Source: Chitinophagaceae bacterium (GTDB lineage Bacteria; Bacteroidota; Bacteroidia; Chitinophagales; Chitinophagaceae). From it: 64,000 bases of DNA. Below the pieces are notes generated by a model. That model was not told where the DNA came from. It did not search any database and saw only the letters and a program-made list of their open reading frames with translations. How positions within the stretch are numbered: position 1 is the first letter of the stretch; every line of letters begins with the position of its first letter. Both the position numbers and the translations under genes were made by a program. Positions 9,676 to 19,809 of this stretch are shown piece by piece. The stretch covers positions 20,738 through 84,737 of the forward strand of contig JANNSN010000015.1 of the NCBI GenBank assembly GCA_031402615.1, read 5' to 3'.

Positions 9676-10251
9676 ATGGACATCATCATATTTGCAACCA
9701 ATAACCAACATAAGGTGGAAGAGGTAAGAGCATTATTGGGCAAGGCTTTTAATATCGTTACTTTACAGGAAGCGGGTATAGATATAGATATCCCGGAGCC
9801 GTATGATACATTGGAAGCCAATGCTTCAGAAAAATCAAAGACCATTTTCAAACTGGTTAACAAAAACTGTTTCAGTGAAGATACCGGCCTGGAAGTAGAC
9901 GCACTGCATGGCGCACCCGGTGTTCATAGTGCCCGGTATGCCGGCGATAACAGGAGCTTTGATGATAATATTGATAAACTATTAACCAATTTAAAATGGA
10001 TGGATAACAAAACAGCCCGTTTTAGAACTGTGATATCCCTGATACTTGAAGGCAAAGAATATTTTTTTGAAGGCATTTGCCCGGGTAAAATAATCACCGG
10101 AAAAAGAGGTACTAAGGGTTTTGGGTACGACCCTGTTTTTGTACCCGATGGAAGCGACAGCACTTTTGCAGAAATGGAACTGGCAGAAAAAAACAAATTC
10201 AGTCACCGTAAGAAAGCCATGGAGAAGCTGATCAATTTTTTGAATACATAA
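9676..10251 (+). CDS. rdgB: Non-canonical purine NTP pyrophosphatase (RdgB/HAM1 family)
   Basis: 191 aa. Contains ATNNQHKVEE, SEDTGLEVDAL.GAPGV.SARYAG, GFGYDPVF and SHRKKA. Confidence 0.9.
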   Translation: MDIIIFATNNQHKVEEVRALLGKAFNIVTLQEAGIDIDIPEPYDTLEANASEKSKTIFKLVNKNCFSEDTGLEVDALHGAPGVHSARYAGDNRSFDDNIDKLLTNLKWMDNKTARFRTVISLILEGKEYFFEGICPGKIITGKRGTKGFGYDPVFVPDGSDSTFAEMELAEKNKFSHRKKAMEKLINFLNT

Positions 10252-10252
10252 A

Positions 10253-10684
10253 ATGGCAAGAATTAAAATAGAAATACCCGAACGGGTTATTGGAACCTTC
10301 ACCATTCCTGTACGAATTGCTGACATCAATTATGGTAATCATGTAGGCAATGATGCTTTTGTAAGCATTATACACGAAGCCCGTGTGCTATGGTTAAGGC
10401 AATTTGGCTATACCGAATTAAAAATTGAAGGCATTGGTTTAATGATGAGTGACCTGGCGCTGGAGTTTAAAAACGAATCATTTTACGGCGACCTGGTTGA
10501 AGTAAAACTGGGTGCCGGAGAGATTTCCAGGGTAGGTTTCGAATTGTACTATCAACTCTCTGTCAAAAGAAATAATGAAAATTTACTGTTGGCCAATGCA
10601 AAAACCGGTATGGTTTGTTTTGATTATGATGTAAAAAAGGTAGCCGCCATTCCTGAACAACTAAAATCCATATTAACAGGATAA
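10253..10684 (+). CDS. Acyl-CoA thioesterase (hotdog fold, YbgC/4HBT-like)
   Basis: 143 aa. N-terminal pattern VRIADINYGNHVGN is typical of 4HBT thioesterases. Lies 1 nt after the rdgB stop. Confidence 0.7.
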   Translation: MARIKIEIPERVIGTFTIPVRIADINYGNHVGNDAFVSIIHEARVLWLRQFGYTELKIEGIGLMMSDLALEFKNESFYGDLVEVKLGAGEISRVGFELYYQLSVKRNNENLLLANAKTGMVCFDYDVKKVAAIPEQLKSILTG

Positions 10685-10688
10685 ACAA

Positions 10689-11429
10689 TTAATCTTCATT
10701 CCACCTTTTCCAGTTTTCTTCTGCCTGGATAATGAGCATATCGTAACCATTTTCTACCGTTGCTCCCCGCCCGGCTCCTTTTTGTAAGAATAAGGTTTGG
10801 GCCGGTTTATATACCAGGTCGTATAGGTAATGACCGGGGCCCACATATGCATAAGGTATGTTAGGGCAGGCGTCTTCATCGGGTGACATACCCAGCGGCG
10901 TGGAATTAATAATGATGTTGTATTCCCCGATAATGTCCCCGGTAATTTGATGGTATTGAATAAAATCTGCGCCCGGGTATTCATTTCTTGACACAACCAA
11001 AAACTCAATCTTTAATTTTCCCAGCACATATTGAACTGCTTTAGACGCACCACCGGTTCCCAATACCAGTGCCTTTTTATGATTGGGTTTTAGTTTTTTT
11101 ACGAAGGACTTTTCAAACCCGATGATATCGGTGTTATATGCCGTCAGCACATCTCCCCGCAGTTTGATACAATTTGCTGCACCAATGGCAGATACCTCTG
11201 CTGATAAATGAGTAACATATTTAAGCACCTGTTCCTTGTAAGGAATGGTTACGGCCAATCCATGCAGCATGGGATTGGCTTTTAATAATGCCGGAAACTC
11301 CCCGATTGCTGCCAGGGGAAAGGAATGAAAAACTGCATCAGCAATTCCCGCTCTTTCAATTTTTTCAGTAAAGTATTGCCTGGAAAAAGAATGGGTTAAA
11401 GGAAATCCGACAATGCCATAGGTTTTCAT
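10689..11429 (-). CDS. aroE: Shikimate dehydrogenase
   Basis: 246 aa. Contains GIVGFPLTHSFS, GLAVTIPYK, NTD and LGTGGASKAV. Confidence 0.88.
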   Translation of the reverse strand: MKTYGIVGFPLTHSFSRQYFTEKIERAGIADAVFHSFPLAAIGEFPALLKANPMLHGLAVTIPYKEQVLKYVTHLSAEVSAIGAANCIKLRGDVLTAYNTDIIGFEKSFVKKLKPNHKKALVLGTGGASKAVQYVLGKLKIEFLVVSRNEYPGADFIQYHQITGDIIGEYNIIINSTPLGMSPDEDACPNIPYAYVGPGHYLYDLVYKPAQTLFLQKGAGRGATVENGYDMLIIQAEENWKRWNED

Positions 11430-12199
11430 TACACGGTTTCTTTATTCAGGTAAAGATGGAAGGTATCGCCGCGCAACCCAATACGCATCGCTTCCAGGGG
11501 AATAACTTCGTTAGGGGCGATATTACCCAGGTTTACATTACAGCCGATCAATTCTAAAAAGTAAAGTTGTTGCGCTTTTTGAGGGGCTTCCCAGATGATC
11601 TTCCCTTCAGGGATCTGGGTAAGAATTTCCTGCACCAAACCTTCCCGTACTTCACCGGAGCCCCTGTAGATACCCACATTACCGGCTTCACGGGCTTCGG
11701 CAATTACATAAGTAGAACCGGCTTCCAGTTCAGCCCTCATTAGTTCGATCCATTTATAAGGCGGTATAATATGGGCGGCATCCTTACTGCCCACTTCGCT
11801 CAAAACCACACCATGTTTTGCCAGTTTTTCAATATACCCGCATTTTTCGGCGTGCGGAATTTCAATGGAGCCGTCACTAACCTCCATATAACTAACCCCA
11901 AATTCCTTACATACATCGATATAGTCATTAAACTGGTTCCTGATCAAAAATGCTTCGAAAAGTGTACCGCCTAAATAAATCGGCATATCATACGACCGGT
12001 AAACTTCCAGTTTCTCTTTCAGGTTAGGTGTAACAAAAGATGTTCCAAACCCAAGCTTTACCACGTCAACGTGTGGATGGGTGGCACTCATAAAATTTTT
12101 AGCTTCTTCTACACTAAGGCCTTTGTCCATGACCATGGTGATGCCATGCTCACGTGGTTTTTTATTACGTTCCGGTATCTGAGAAAGATTAAAATTCAT
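11429..12199 (-). CDS. Phosphosulfolactate synthase (ComA) family protein
   Basis: Internal Met start (MNFNLSQIPERNKKPREHGITMVMDKGL) gives 256 aa. Body follows the ComA family pattern (VDVVKLGFGTS, YMEVSDGS). The last base of the stop codon is shared with the aroE start codon. The upstream 16 codons overlap the promoter box. Confidence 0.75.
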   Translation of the reverse strand: MNFNLSQIPERNKKPREHGITMVMDKGLSVEEAKNFMSATHPHVDVVKLGFGTSFVTPNLKEKLEVYRSYDMPIYLGGTLFEAFLIRNQFNDYIDVCKEFGVSYMEVSDGSIEIPHAEKCGYIEKLAKHGVVLSEVGSKDAAHIIPPYKWIELMRAELEAGSTYVIAEAREAGNVGIYRGSGEVREGLVQEILTQIPEGKIIWEAPQKAQQLYFLELIGCNVNLGNIAPNEVIPLEAMRIGLRGDTFHLYLNKETV

Positions 12200-12233
12200 A
12201 ATTGATGGTTGTATCCCGATGATTATCGGAGTG

Positions 12234-12241
12234 CAAAGATA
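12234..12241 (-). promoter_or_regulatory. -7 promoter box TATCTTTG upstream of the comA-like/aroE pair
   Basis: TAnnTTTG on the minus strand, 34 nt upstream of ATG 12199. Confidence 0.55.
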
Positions 12242-12297
12242 ATCCAAGCAGTTTAAATAAATTTATTATCCAATGATGGTGTGACAAACAACGGCGG

Positions 12298-13719
12298 CTA
12301 CAGGGATTTACGCTTTTTATAACGGGCAATAACATCCACCACTTGCTGTACCTGCAGTATGGCCGGATTGATCTGTATGAATTTTTTTACCAGTTTGGGG
12401 TTTCGGTTCATCCCGGCCTCTAAATTCAATAAGGCCTCTTTTGATTTACCCATGGCATATAAGACAGCACTTTTATAAAAAAGAAAGATGGGTTTGCCGT
12501 CCGTTTGTTCAAAGGCAAATGAGGAATATTCCAATGCTTCGTCAAACATATCCGCTTTATAAAGGCAATTCAGTAATTCGGTCCAGCCATTGATATTTTT
12601 AGGCCGAACCCTTACTACATTTCCAAAATACGTGATGGCATCGTCTAGTTTTTCCAGCTCCATATAACATTGACCCATGGCCAGGTTATACTCAGGTTGC
12701 ATGCGGTGAATACGCATGGCCACTTCCAGGTTTTTGATGGCACTATCCCAATTACCTTCGTTCATATACGTGCAGGCAATCTTATAATTCAACTGTGTAT
12801 CCTCGTTGTTTAAATGACTTGCTTTCCGGTAGTTAAACCGGGCCTGGGCATAATTTCTCATTTTATCGTAGCAATGGCCAATGGCTTCGTAAATAACATC
12901 CTCGGGCCTGGCCAGTTCCAATACCCTTTCCAAAACATCCACCGCCTGTTTGTACTTACGTAAACGTATAAAAGCGTCACCCATATTACGTAATGCAAAA
13001 TCAAATTTATCATCAATAGCTATGGCGTATTCATAGGCATCAATAGCTTTTTCATACAATTTTAAGCCCTGGTAGGCTGCAGCAAGGTTAAACCAGGCCA
13101 GTTCATTAAACGGAAATTCTTCAATGATCTGTTGGTGTAAACGGATACCTTCTTCATTTCTGCCTGTAAAATCGGTCCAAAAACAAATTTTGTACAATGC
13201 TTCTTCGTTATTGGGATCCAACTCCAGGATCATTTTAAGGCAATCAAAAACTTTATCGAAATTTTCATAATCATCATACACATCGGACAGTTCAAATAAA
13301 AGATCCAGCTTTTCTTCGCCGTCAAAATCATGGATCGCGGCTTCCAGCACTTCGGCGGCTTTTTGCTGCATATCCAATGCCAGGTAAGCATCTGTTTTTA
13401 AAATAAACAGGTCGGTATCCCTGCTATCTAATAATTCGGCCTGTTCCAATATAAATAAAGCTTCTTTATAGTGCCTGAGGGCAATTAATAAATCAGCCTT
13501 TTTTAACAGCAGCATGGCAGAATAAGGATATTGCCCAATGCCATACTCGGAGGCTTCCAAAGCTTCGTTTAACTGCTCTTTTTCATCAAAATAATCAATA
13601 ATACGTTCAAAGGAATCTTCTTCGATAAAGGAGTTGGGTTTACCCGCTTTGAGGTTATCAAATTGCTGGAGTAATGCTTTCAATTCATCTCTGTCCTGGC
13701 GGTAAGGATATTTACTCAT
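12298..13719 (-). CDS. Tetratricopeptide (TPR) repeat protein
   Basis: 473 aa. Repeated 34-aa A/Y/L patterns run throughout (YEKAIDAYEYAIAID, YAQARFNYRKASHLN and others). Confidence 0.85.
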   Translation of the reverse strand: MSKYPYRQDRDELKALLQQFDNLKAGKPNSFIEEDSFERIIDYFDEKEQLNEALEASEYGIGQYPYSAMLLLKKADLLIALRHYKEALFILEQAELLDSRDTDLFILKTDAYLALDMQQKAAEVLEAAIHDFDGEEKLDLLFELSDVYDDYENFDKVFDCLKMILELDPNNEEALYKICFWTDFTGRNEEGIRLHQQIIEEFPFNELAWFNLAAAYQGLKLYEKAIDAYEYAIAIDDKFDFALRNMGDAFIRLRKYKQAVDVLERVLELARPEDVIYEAIGHCYDKMRNYAQARFNYRKASHLNNEDTQLNYKIACTYMNEGNWDSAIKNLEVAMRIHRMQPEYNLAMGQCYMELEKLDDAITYFGNVVRVRPKNINGWTELLNCLYKADMFDEALEYSSFAFEQTDGKPIFLFYKSAVLYAMGKSKEALLNLEAGMNRNPKLVKKFIQINPAILQVQQVVDVIARYKKRKSL

Positions 13720-13960
13720 TTGCTGTAGGTTATACCGAAATAAAAAAAATTAATAAGGTCCAACCGGTTCCCTAACGGTAAATGTACATCTAAGATTTCA
13801 AAAACGTTTTTCAAACTGGTTTGTAAATCAAGATGTTATTATTGTAAATTAGGAATTTTTAAATAAATAATCAACAATTTGTAACAATATTTAAATGTAA
13901 ACGTTAAAGAAAAGGTAAAAAGAATTTATGAGCGGTATGGAATTACTAAATATTTTTCAA

Positions 13961-13968
13961 TACATTTG
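13961..13968 (+). promoter_or_regulatory. -7 promoter box TACATTTG
   Basis: Exact TAnnTTTG, 20 nt upstream of ATG 13989. Confidence 0.55.
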
Positions 13969-13988
13969 TTCTAAATAAGTTAAAATCA

Positions 13989-14339
13989 ATGATTAAAAAG
14001 GCCAAAATAATACTGTTTGTCTTTATGCTTAGCAGCATAGGTTTCAGTGCTATGGCTGATAAAGGCATTGGTAAAAAGTCAAAATCAAAGGTTACGCTTA
14101 ATATTAACACCGGAAATACGCTAAGAAGTTCTATTTCGCTCAATTTGTCCGCGGGCTTAAAATATACCGGAAGTTTGTTGGTAAATCAACAGGTTCATAG
14201 TCAGTCCATATCAAGTAAGACCCTGTTAACCTATCAAAAAGGCAACACAGTGTATATTGTTCCACAAAAACAGGTGATTGTTGTTCCGGAAATGAAGCAA
14301 GGCTATACCGGGATGAAATTAATCATCAAAAGTCATTAA
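13989..14339 (+). CDS. Small secreted hypothetical protein
   Basis: 116 aa. Signal peptide (ILFVFMLSSIGFSAMA). A promoter box lies upstream. No domain recognised. Confidence 0.5.
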   Translation: MIKKAKIILFVFMLSSIGFSAMADKGIGKKSKSKVTLNINTGNTLRSSISLNLSAGLKYTGSLLVNQQVHSQSISSKTLLTYQKGNTVYIVPQKQVIVVPEMKQGYTGMKLIIKSH

Positions 14340-14381
14340 TAAAAAAAACTTAAAAAATTAAGATTTTTTTATTCCCTCATT

Positions 14382-15041
14382 TTATCTTTGCCCTTTTTTT
14401 AAATTTTGATTCTCGTCATAGGTCATTACCCGGTAACCGGAATTAGGAAAATCGAACAAAGAAACCTGTACTGCGTCAAAATTTATTTCTGCAAGGCTAT
14501 ACTTAAATTTCATATTACCTGATTCAATTTCATATTCGATCGCTAACCCTGGCAGATTGACAAAAGTGGCATCATACGCTTTATTTACAGGTACCAGGTC
14601 GGGAGCGTAATAAACTACAAATGATTTACCATCGCTCATTTTTGCAACTGCTTTACGGGTATTATACCCGGCAATTGTTTTATATGCATTGGTAAGTTCA
14701 AACTCTATATCGCTGTACATTTTATTTTTTGTTTTCCAGTTTTCACGGTTCAGGGTTATCATTAATTTTTGACCGCTAAACTCTTTTAAAATAACTGCAT
14801 TATTCGTTTTAGAATTAAAGATGGTTATTTCCTTACCCAATAAACTAACCATATCTGTACGACTGTTATTCCCTTTTATATACACCGTGGTTGATGCACC
14901 GTCCAAAGCATCTCCTTTATCACCTGATTGAATGGTCATTTTATAAACAATGGTGGCTTCTGCAATATTCCTTTGAGCATGCAGCGATATACAACCTGCC
15001 AGTAAAATACCAGTGATCCATATGCTTAAAAAAAATTTCAT
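14382..15041 (-). CDS. Secreted hypothetical protein (possibly GLPGLI-like)
   Basis: 219 aa. Signal peptide ending HAQ. Beta-rich. The NLPGLAIEY segment weakly recalls the GLPGLI family. Confidence 0.55.
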   Translation of the reverse strand: MKFFLSIWITGILLAGCISLHAQRNIAEATIVYKMTIQSGDKGDALDGASTTVYIKGNNSRTDMVSLLGKEITIFNSKTNNAVILKEFSGQKLMITLNRENWKTKNKMYSDIEFELTNAYKTIAGYNTRKAVAKMSDGKSFVVYYAPDLVPVNKAYDATFVNLPGLAIEYEIESGNMKFKYSLAEINFDAVQVSLFDFPNSGYRVMTYDENQNLKKGQR

Positions 15042-15235
15042 GTTGTTCGTTGTTTGTTTAAAGATACTATTTCGTTTCTCAGGTATATCTTTTAAACCAA
15101 AATCAAATTTTTAAATGACATAATCGCTTATATAGTACAGGTATCAAAAATCCGTGCCAAGTTTCGGAATTCGTTTAAAAAGAACCCTGTGAAGCCGGTC
15201 ATGGATTGCAGGTTATAAAATATTTAACTTTTGCT

Positions 15236-17077
15236 CTATTTTTTGTTGCCCTTTTTCTTTAATTCCTGCAGTTTCTTATTACTTTCCTGCATGGCCATCA
15301 TACGCTCCTGGAACTTGTTTTGTTTAACCGGTTTCTTTTTATTTATTTCTATCTGTGCCAGGATCTTCTCATGGTCTATGATATACTTCTGAATAACGAT
15401 CTGCAGGATAAGTGTGATGGTATTGGATATGGTATAATACCAGGTTAATGCAGCGGGCAAGCTGTTAAACACACCTAAAAGTAAAACCGGGAAGATATAC
15501 GGCATATACTTCATAACCGGGTTACTGTTGTCCTGCATGGTACTCATACTGTACACCGAAATGACCAAACTGGTTAAAGTAGCGGTAATCGTAAATAAAC
15601 TCACATGATCTCCATAAAAAGGGATCGCAAAAGGCAAGGTTGCAATGGAATCATAAGCTGCCAGGTCTTTGGCCCACAAAAAGCTTTCGCCTCTTAACGA
15701 AATATTGGATTGAAAGAAATAATACAAGGACATAAATATGGGGATCTGCAATAAAGCAGGCAAACAGCCGCCAAGCGGACTAACACCAGCCGTTTTCCAG
15801 AGTTTCATCTGGTCCATACTAAAGGCCTGCTTATCATCACCATGCTTTTCTTTAAGGCGGTCAATCTCAGGCTTTAATGCCTTCATTTTTGCACCACTTA
15901 AATAACTCTTGTATAAGATCGGCGATGTTATTAAACGGATCAACAGGGTAAGCAATAAAATCACCATCCCCATACTCGCGATATGTTTTCTCAAAAAATC
16001 AAACACCGGTAATAAAAAATGACGGTTAATGTATTTTACAAAAGCAAATACCCCACTTCCATAAGGTACAATATTTTCCATATTATTATTTGCCTGGCGC
16101 AAAATGTTATAGTCACTGGGGCCATAGTATAACTGCAGGGGAACTGTTTCATTTGACCCAGCCAGTGCAATTTTACAGGTAGCGGTTGTTTGCGAAATAA
16201 TATGCAGGGAATCAGCAGGAACCACCCATTTTACAACAGCAGATTTAAATTTATTTTTTGCGGTTAAAGCTGCAATAAAAAATTGTTGTTTTACGGCAAG
16301 CCAGTCCAGTCCCTTTTCAAACTTGATATCATCCCCACTACCCACATATTCAAAATCATAGGCACCGTTTTTTTGATAACAGATATACGTTTGTTGCCTT
16401 TCGTATAAGATGTCTTTTTCCACCTGTGGTGTTTCTGTTTGCCATAGCAGGTCAATGGTATTTTGAGAAACCAGTTTATCTGCACCGTTCATGGTTATAT
16501 TAAAGTCAACCATATAACTATCCGGTTTCAAAGTATACTGGTGCGTTATTTCCTTACCGGTCGAATCCTTCAAAACAAATGAAATGGTTTGGGATTGATC
16601 GGCCAGTTTGGTTTTCCTGTTGCTTACAAATGAAATGTCGGCTGTTTGCCTTACTTCATTAAATCCTGCATTTATGGGATAGGAGAATTTATTGAAATTA
16701 CTATTTCCTAAAATGACCGGCCCGGCATCAAACTTCTTATAATTTTTTATCTCAACCAGTTTTGGCTGACCGCCTTTATTGGTAAAAACAATTTTTAACA
16801 CACTATTCTCCAGCGTATCCAGTTGCTCAACATCAGCCGTATCGGTAATAAAAACGGATGGTAATTTTTGTTTGGCAGCCAATAAGGAGTTCAACAATAT
16901 GGCATCCTTTACAGTAGTAATGGTATCTGCTTTTGGTTTAGTTGCCGCAATGGAATCTGCTACCCTTTTCTGTTCAGTCAAATAAGCCTGGTTACTGCGG
17001 CTATTGATGATAAACATGGCTATTAATAACACACCAATCAATACAAATCCAATAACCGTATTTTTATCCATTCCCAT
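15236..17077 (-). CDS. yidC: Membrane protein insertase YidC
   Basis: 613 aa. N-terminal TM segment, large periplasmic domain, and a conserved C-terminal core (GCLPALLQIPIF, WYYTISN). Confidence 0.93.
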   Translation of the reverse strand: MGMDKNTVIGFVLIGVLLIAMFIINSRSNQAYLTEQKRVADSIAATKPKADTITTVKDAILLNSLLAAKQKLPSVFITDTADVEQLDTLENSVLKIVFTNKGGQPKLVEIKNYKKFDAGPVILGNSNFNKFSYPINAGFNEVRQTADISFVSNRKTKLADQSQTISFVLKDSTGKEITHQYTLKPDSYMVDFNITMNGADKLVSQNTIDLLWQTETPQVEKDILYERQQTYICYQKNGAYDFEYVGSGDDIKFEKGLDWLAVKQQFFIAALTAKNKFKSAVVKWVVPADSLHIISQTTATCKIALAGSNETVPLQLYYGPSDYNILRQANNNMENIVPYGSGVFAFVKYINRHFLLPVFDFLRKHIASMGMVILLLTLLIRLITSPILYKSYLSGAKMKALKPEIDRLKEKHGDDKQAFSMDQMKLWKTAGVSPLGGCLPALLQIPIFMSLYYFFQSNISLRGESFLWAKDLAAYDSIATLPFAIPFYGDHVSLFTITATLTSLVISVYSMSTMQDNSNPVMKYMPYIFPVLLLGVFNSLPAALTWYYTISNTITLILQIVIQKYIIDHEKILAQIEINKKKPVKQNKFQERMMAMQESNKKLQELKKKGNKK

Positions 17078-17097
17078 GTTAACTTGTTTTAAGTTGG

Positions 17098-17105
17098 CAA
17101 AGGTA
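17098..17105 (-). promoter_or_regulatory. -7 promoter box TACCTTTG upstream of yidC
   Basis: Exact motif on the minus strand, 20 nt upstream of the ATG. Confidence 0.6.
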
Positions 17106-17140
17106 ATTAAAGTTTTATGGCTATTAGTAACCGATTAAAA

Positions 17141-17168
17141 AAAGCCTTCCCGGTTACAGAAAGGCTTT
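17141..17168 (-). terminator. rho-independent terminator after rplY
   Basis: AAAGCCTT-loop-AAGGCTTT hairpin with a T-run on the minus strand. Confidence 0.7.
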
Positions 17169-17188
17169 AATATTATTTTTCAAAAATA

Positions 17189-17830
17189 TTATTTTTTCGC
17201 TGCTTCTGCAGCTGCACCAGCTGGTGCAGCAGCCGCAGCCTTAGGAGCAGCCGCAGCCTTAGGAGCAGCTGATTCTTCCTGCTTCAATTGCCTGGTTAAG
17301 GTTACCGATGCAATAGGAATACGCGGAGAATTCATCACTTCCATATTTTCTGCGATTACATCTTCCACCCGGATGTTTTCATTTAATTCCAGTTTGTCAA
17401 TGTTTACTTCAATATGCTCTTTCAAATACTTTGGAAGTACTTTAACTTTTAATGACTTCATTTTTAACACCAGTTTTCCGCCTGCTTTAACACCTGCCGG
17501 AACACCGGTATAAAGCAGCGGTAAAGTTGCAATAACCTTTTTATTTTCTACAAGTTCCAATAGATCAACATGAAGTAACAGATCGGTTACTTTATGAAAC
17601 TGCAGATCTTTTAAGATACAACGGTAAACACTTCCATGGATATCCACGTTTGCAATAATAAATTCTGATGTGTACACGATGTCTTTAAAAGCAGTTGCCG
17701 GAGCTGAGAAATTAATCTCATGGGGACCACCATAAATTACACCAGGCACCATTTTCTGAGAGCGAAGTTGGCGGGTGGCTTTTTTTCCGCTTTCGGTCCT
17801 CAGTTGTCCTTCGATTGTAATTGATTTCAT
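17189..17830 (-). CDS. rplY: 50S ribosomal protein L25/general stress protein Ctc
   Basis: 213 aa. L25/Ctc N- and C-terminal domains (RQLRSQKMVPGVIYG), plus an Ala/Lys-rich tail. Confidence 0.92.
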   Translation of the reverse strand: MKSITIEGQLRTESGKKATRQLRSQKMVPGVIYGGPHEINFSAPATAFKDIVYTSEFIIANVDIHGSVYRCILKDLQFHKVTDLLLHVDLLELVENKKVIATLPLLYTGVPAGVKAGGKLVLKMKSLKVKVLPKYLKEHIEVNIDKLELNENIRVEDVIAENMEVMNSPRIPIASVTLTRQLKQEESAAPKAAAAPKAAAAAPAGAAAEAAKK

Positions 17831-17856
17831 TTTGTAATAATTTTTTTTATGAGGCG

Positions 17857-17864
17857 CAAAGGTA
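17857..17864 (-). promoter_or_regulatory. -7 promoter box TACCTTTG upstream of rplY
   Basis: Exact motif on the minus strand, 26 nt upstream of the ATG. Confidence 0.6.
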
Positions 17865-17949
17865 GGGAATTAATGGATAATTCTATAATGAAATAATGGA
17901 TAATTAAGCGCTCAATTATCCATTATCAATTACCACATTATCAATTATT

Positions 17950-18903
17950 CTATTTCTTATTTGCCATCCTGCTTCTCATAAACAAACTGTTAATGCTCTT
18001 ATTTTCGAAGGCATTACGTATGGTAATCGCAAATAACTCATCGGTGGACAGTACTTTTATCTTGCTACATTCGCCTCTTATCGGAATCGTGTCACAAACC
18101 ACCAGTTCTTCCAAAACACTATTTTCTATATTTTCATATGCCTTACCACTTAAAACCGGGTGTGTACATAAAGCCCTAACACTCCTGGCGCCCTTTTCCT
18201 TCATAAGACCGGCACTTTTAACCAGGGTTCCGCCGGTGTCACAGATGTCATCTATTAAAACCACATCGCGGTCGGTTACATCTCCAATGACTACCATACT
18301 GGCAATTTCATTTGCCCTTTTCCGGTGTTTATCACAAATAACCATTTCACACTCAAAATAAGTGGCTATTTCACGAATTCGGTTGGCACTGCCCACATCA
18401 GGTGCAGCAAAGGTTAAATTAGCCAGTTTTAAATTCTCGATATATGGTATAAAGATGGCGGAAGAATCCAGGTGATCAACAGGAATATCAAAATAACCCT
18501 GTATTTGCGGTGCATGGAGGTCCATGGTTATTACCCTGTCGGCACCAGCTGCAGTAAGCATATTAGCCACCAATTTAGATCCTATGGCTACCCTGGGCCT
18601 GTCTTTTCTGTCCTGCCTGGCTAAACCGTAATAAGGAATAACAGCTATTACTTTATAGGCCGATGCCCTTTTGGCGGCATCAATCATCAACAACATTTCC
18701 ATCAGGTTATCTGATGGGGCATAGGTGCTCTGAATTAAAAACACAAAACGCCCCCGGATACTTTCTTTAAACTCCACATAAATTTCACCATCGCTGAACC
18801 GTTGAATATTTACTTTGCCCAGTGGCTCTCCAAATTTTTTGGCAATTTTTTCCGCCAGGTACTGAGATCCGGTGCCGGAAAATATTTTTGCATTTGATTC
18901 CAT
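17950..18903 (-). CDS. prs: Ribose-phosphate pyrophosphokinase
   Basis: 317 aa. Contains YYGLARQDRK, VITMDLHAPQIQGYF and DDICDTGGTL. Confidence 0.95.
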   Translation of the reverse strand: MESNAKIFSGTGSQYLAEKIAKKFGEPLGKVNIQRFSDGEIYVEFKESIRGRFVFLIQSTYAPSDNLMEMLLMIDAAKRASAYKVIAVIPYYGLARQDRKDRPRVAIGSKLVANMLTAAGADRVITMDLHAPQIQGYFDIPVDHLDSSAIFIPYIENLKLANLTFAAPDVGSANRIREIATYFECEMVICDKHRKRANEIASMVVIGDVTDRDVVLIDDICDTGGTLVKSAGLMKEKGARSVRALCTHPVLSGKAYENIENSVLEELVVCDTIPIRGECSKIKVLSTDELFAITIRNAFENKSINSLFMRSRMANKK

Positions 18904-18981
18904 ATATATTTAAATTGAGATAGATGTAATAGAATGTCCTGCGAAAGTATCATTTTGTTTACATGATTTAAACTACGCTCT

Positions 18982-19683
18982 ATGGAAAATGTCAACAAGC
19001 CTTCCACATCCATCAAAAACTGGGCAATGGATGACCGTCCCCGGGAAAAATTGCTCAGCAAGGGAGCCGAAGCACTCAGCAATTCTGAACTGCTGGCCAT
19101 TTTATTAAATAACGGCAGTAAAAATAAAAGTGCCGTTGAACTGGCTAAAGAAATATTGAAGCTGGGCGACGACAATTTAAATGAACTCGGTAAATTATCC
19201 ATGCAGGATTTTAGAAAAATTACCGGTGTTGGCCAGGTTAAATCTATTGTCATTGCTGCGGCACTCGAATTTGGAAGACGCCGGCATGCTGCGGCCTCAC
19301 TGGAAAAACCGGTGGTTACATCCAGTAAGGATATTGCCCGGTACCTGCAGGCCAGGCTCAAAGATTACAGTTATGAAGTTTTTGCAGTCATTTTCTTAAA
19401 CCGTGCCAATAAAATAAATCACTACGAGATCATGAGCAGGGGCGGTATAACGGGCACGGTAGCCGATCCCAGGGTTATACTTAAAAAAGCACTGGAAGAA
19501 GATGCCACTTCTATCGTACTGTGCCATAACCACCCGTCGGGAAATTTACAACCCAGCCGGGCCGATGAAGAACTCACTAAAAAAATAAAAGAAGCTGCTG
19601 GTTACCTGGATATAAAAGTCATAGATCACATTATTGTGAGCGACGAAGGGTATTATAGTTTTGCTGATGATGGGATGCTTTAG
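18982..19683 (+). CDS. radC: RadC-family JAB/MPN domain protein
   Basis: 233 aa. Contains RPREKLLSKGAEALSNSELLAILL, a HhH motif, and the JAMM motif HNHPSG. Confidence 0.9.
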   Translation: MENVNKPSTSIKNWAMDDRPREKLLSKGAEALSNSELLAILLNNGSKNKSAVELAKEILKLGDDNLNELGKLSMQDFRKITGVGQVKSIVIAAALEFGRRRHAAASLEKPVVTSSKDIARYLQARLKDYSYEVFAVIFLNRANKINHYEIMSRGGITGTVADPRVILKKALEEDATSIVLCHNHPSGNLQPSRADEELTKKIKEAAGYLDIKVIDHIIVSDEGYYSFADDGML

Positions 19684-19784
19684 GAGTCGGGAGTACTGAG
19701 TCGGGAGGCGGGAGGCTTGAGGCGGGAGGCGGGAGGCGGGAGGCTTGAGTAAAGAGTTCCGAGTCGGGAGACGGAAGGCAGGAG
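19684..19784. repeat. Heptanucleotide tandem array (NNNNGAG) x14
   Basis: A leading GAG (19684-19686) abuts the radC stop. From 19687 there are 14 consecutive in-register heptads (TCGGGAG, TACTGAG, GCGGGAG x4, GCTTGAG x2 and others), hand-verified base by base. Confidence 0.9.
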
Positions 19785-19809
19785 ATTTTACTGAAAAAAT
19801 AAATCAGTT

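Noticed and set aside
19687-19784. Possible CRISPR array, suggested by the tandem repeats
   Set aside because: The period is 7 nt with no spacers and no cas genes are nearby. This is a heptanucleotide microsatellite-type array, not a CRISPR.
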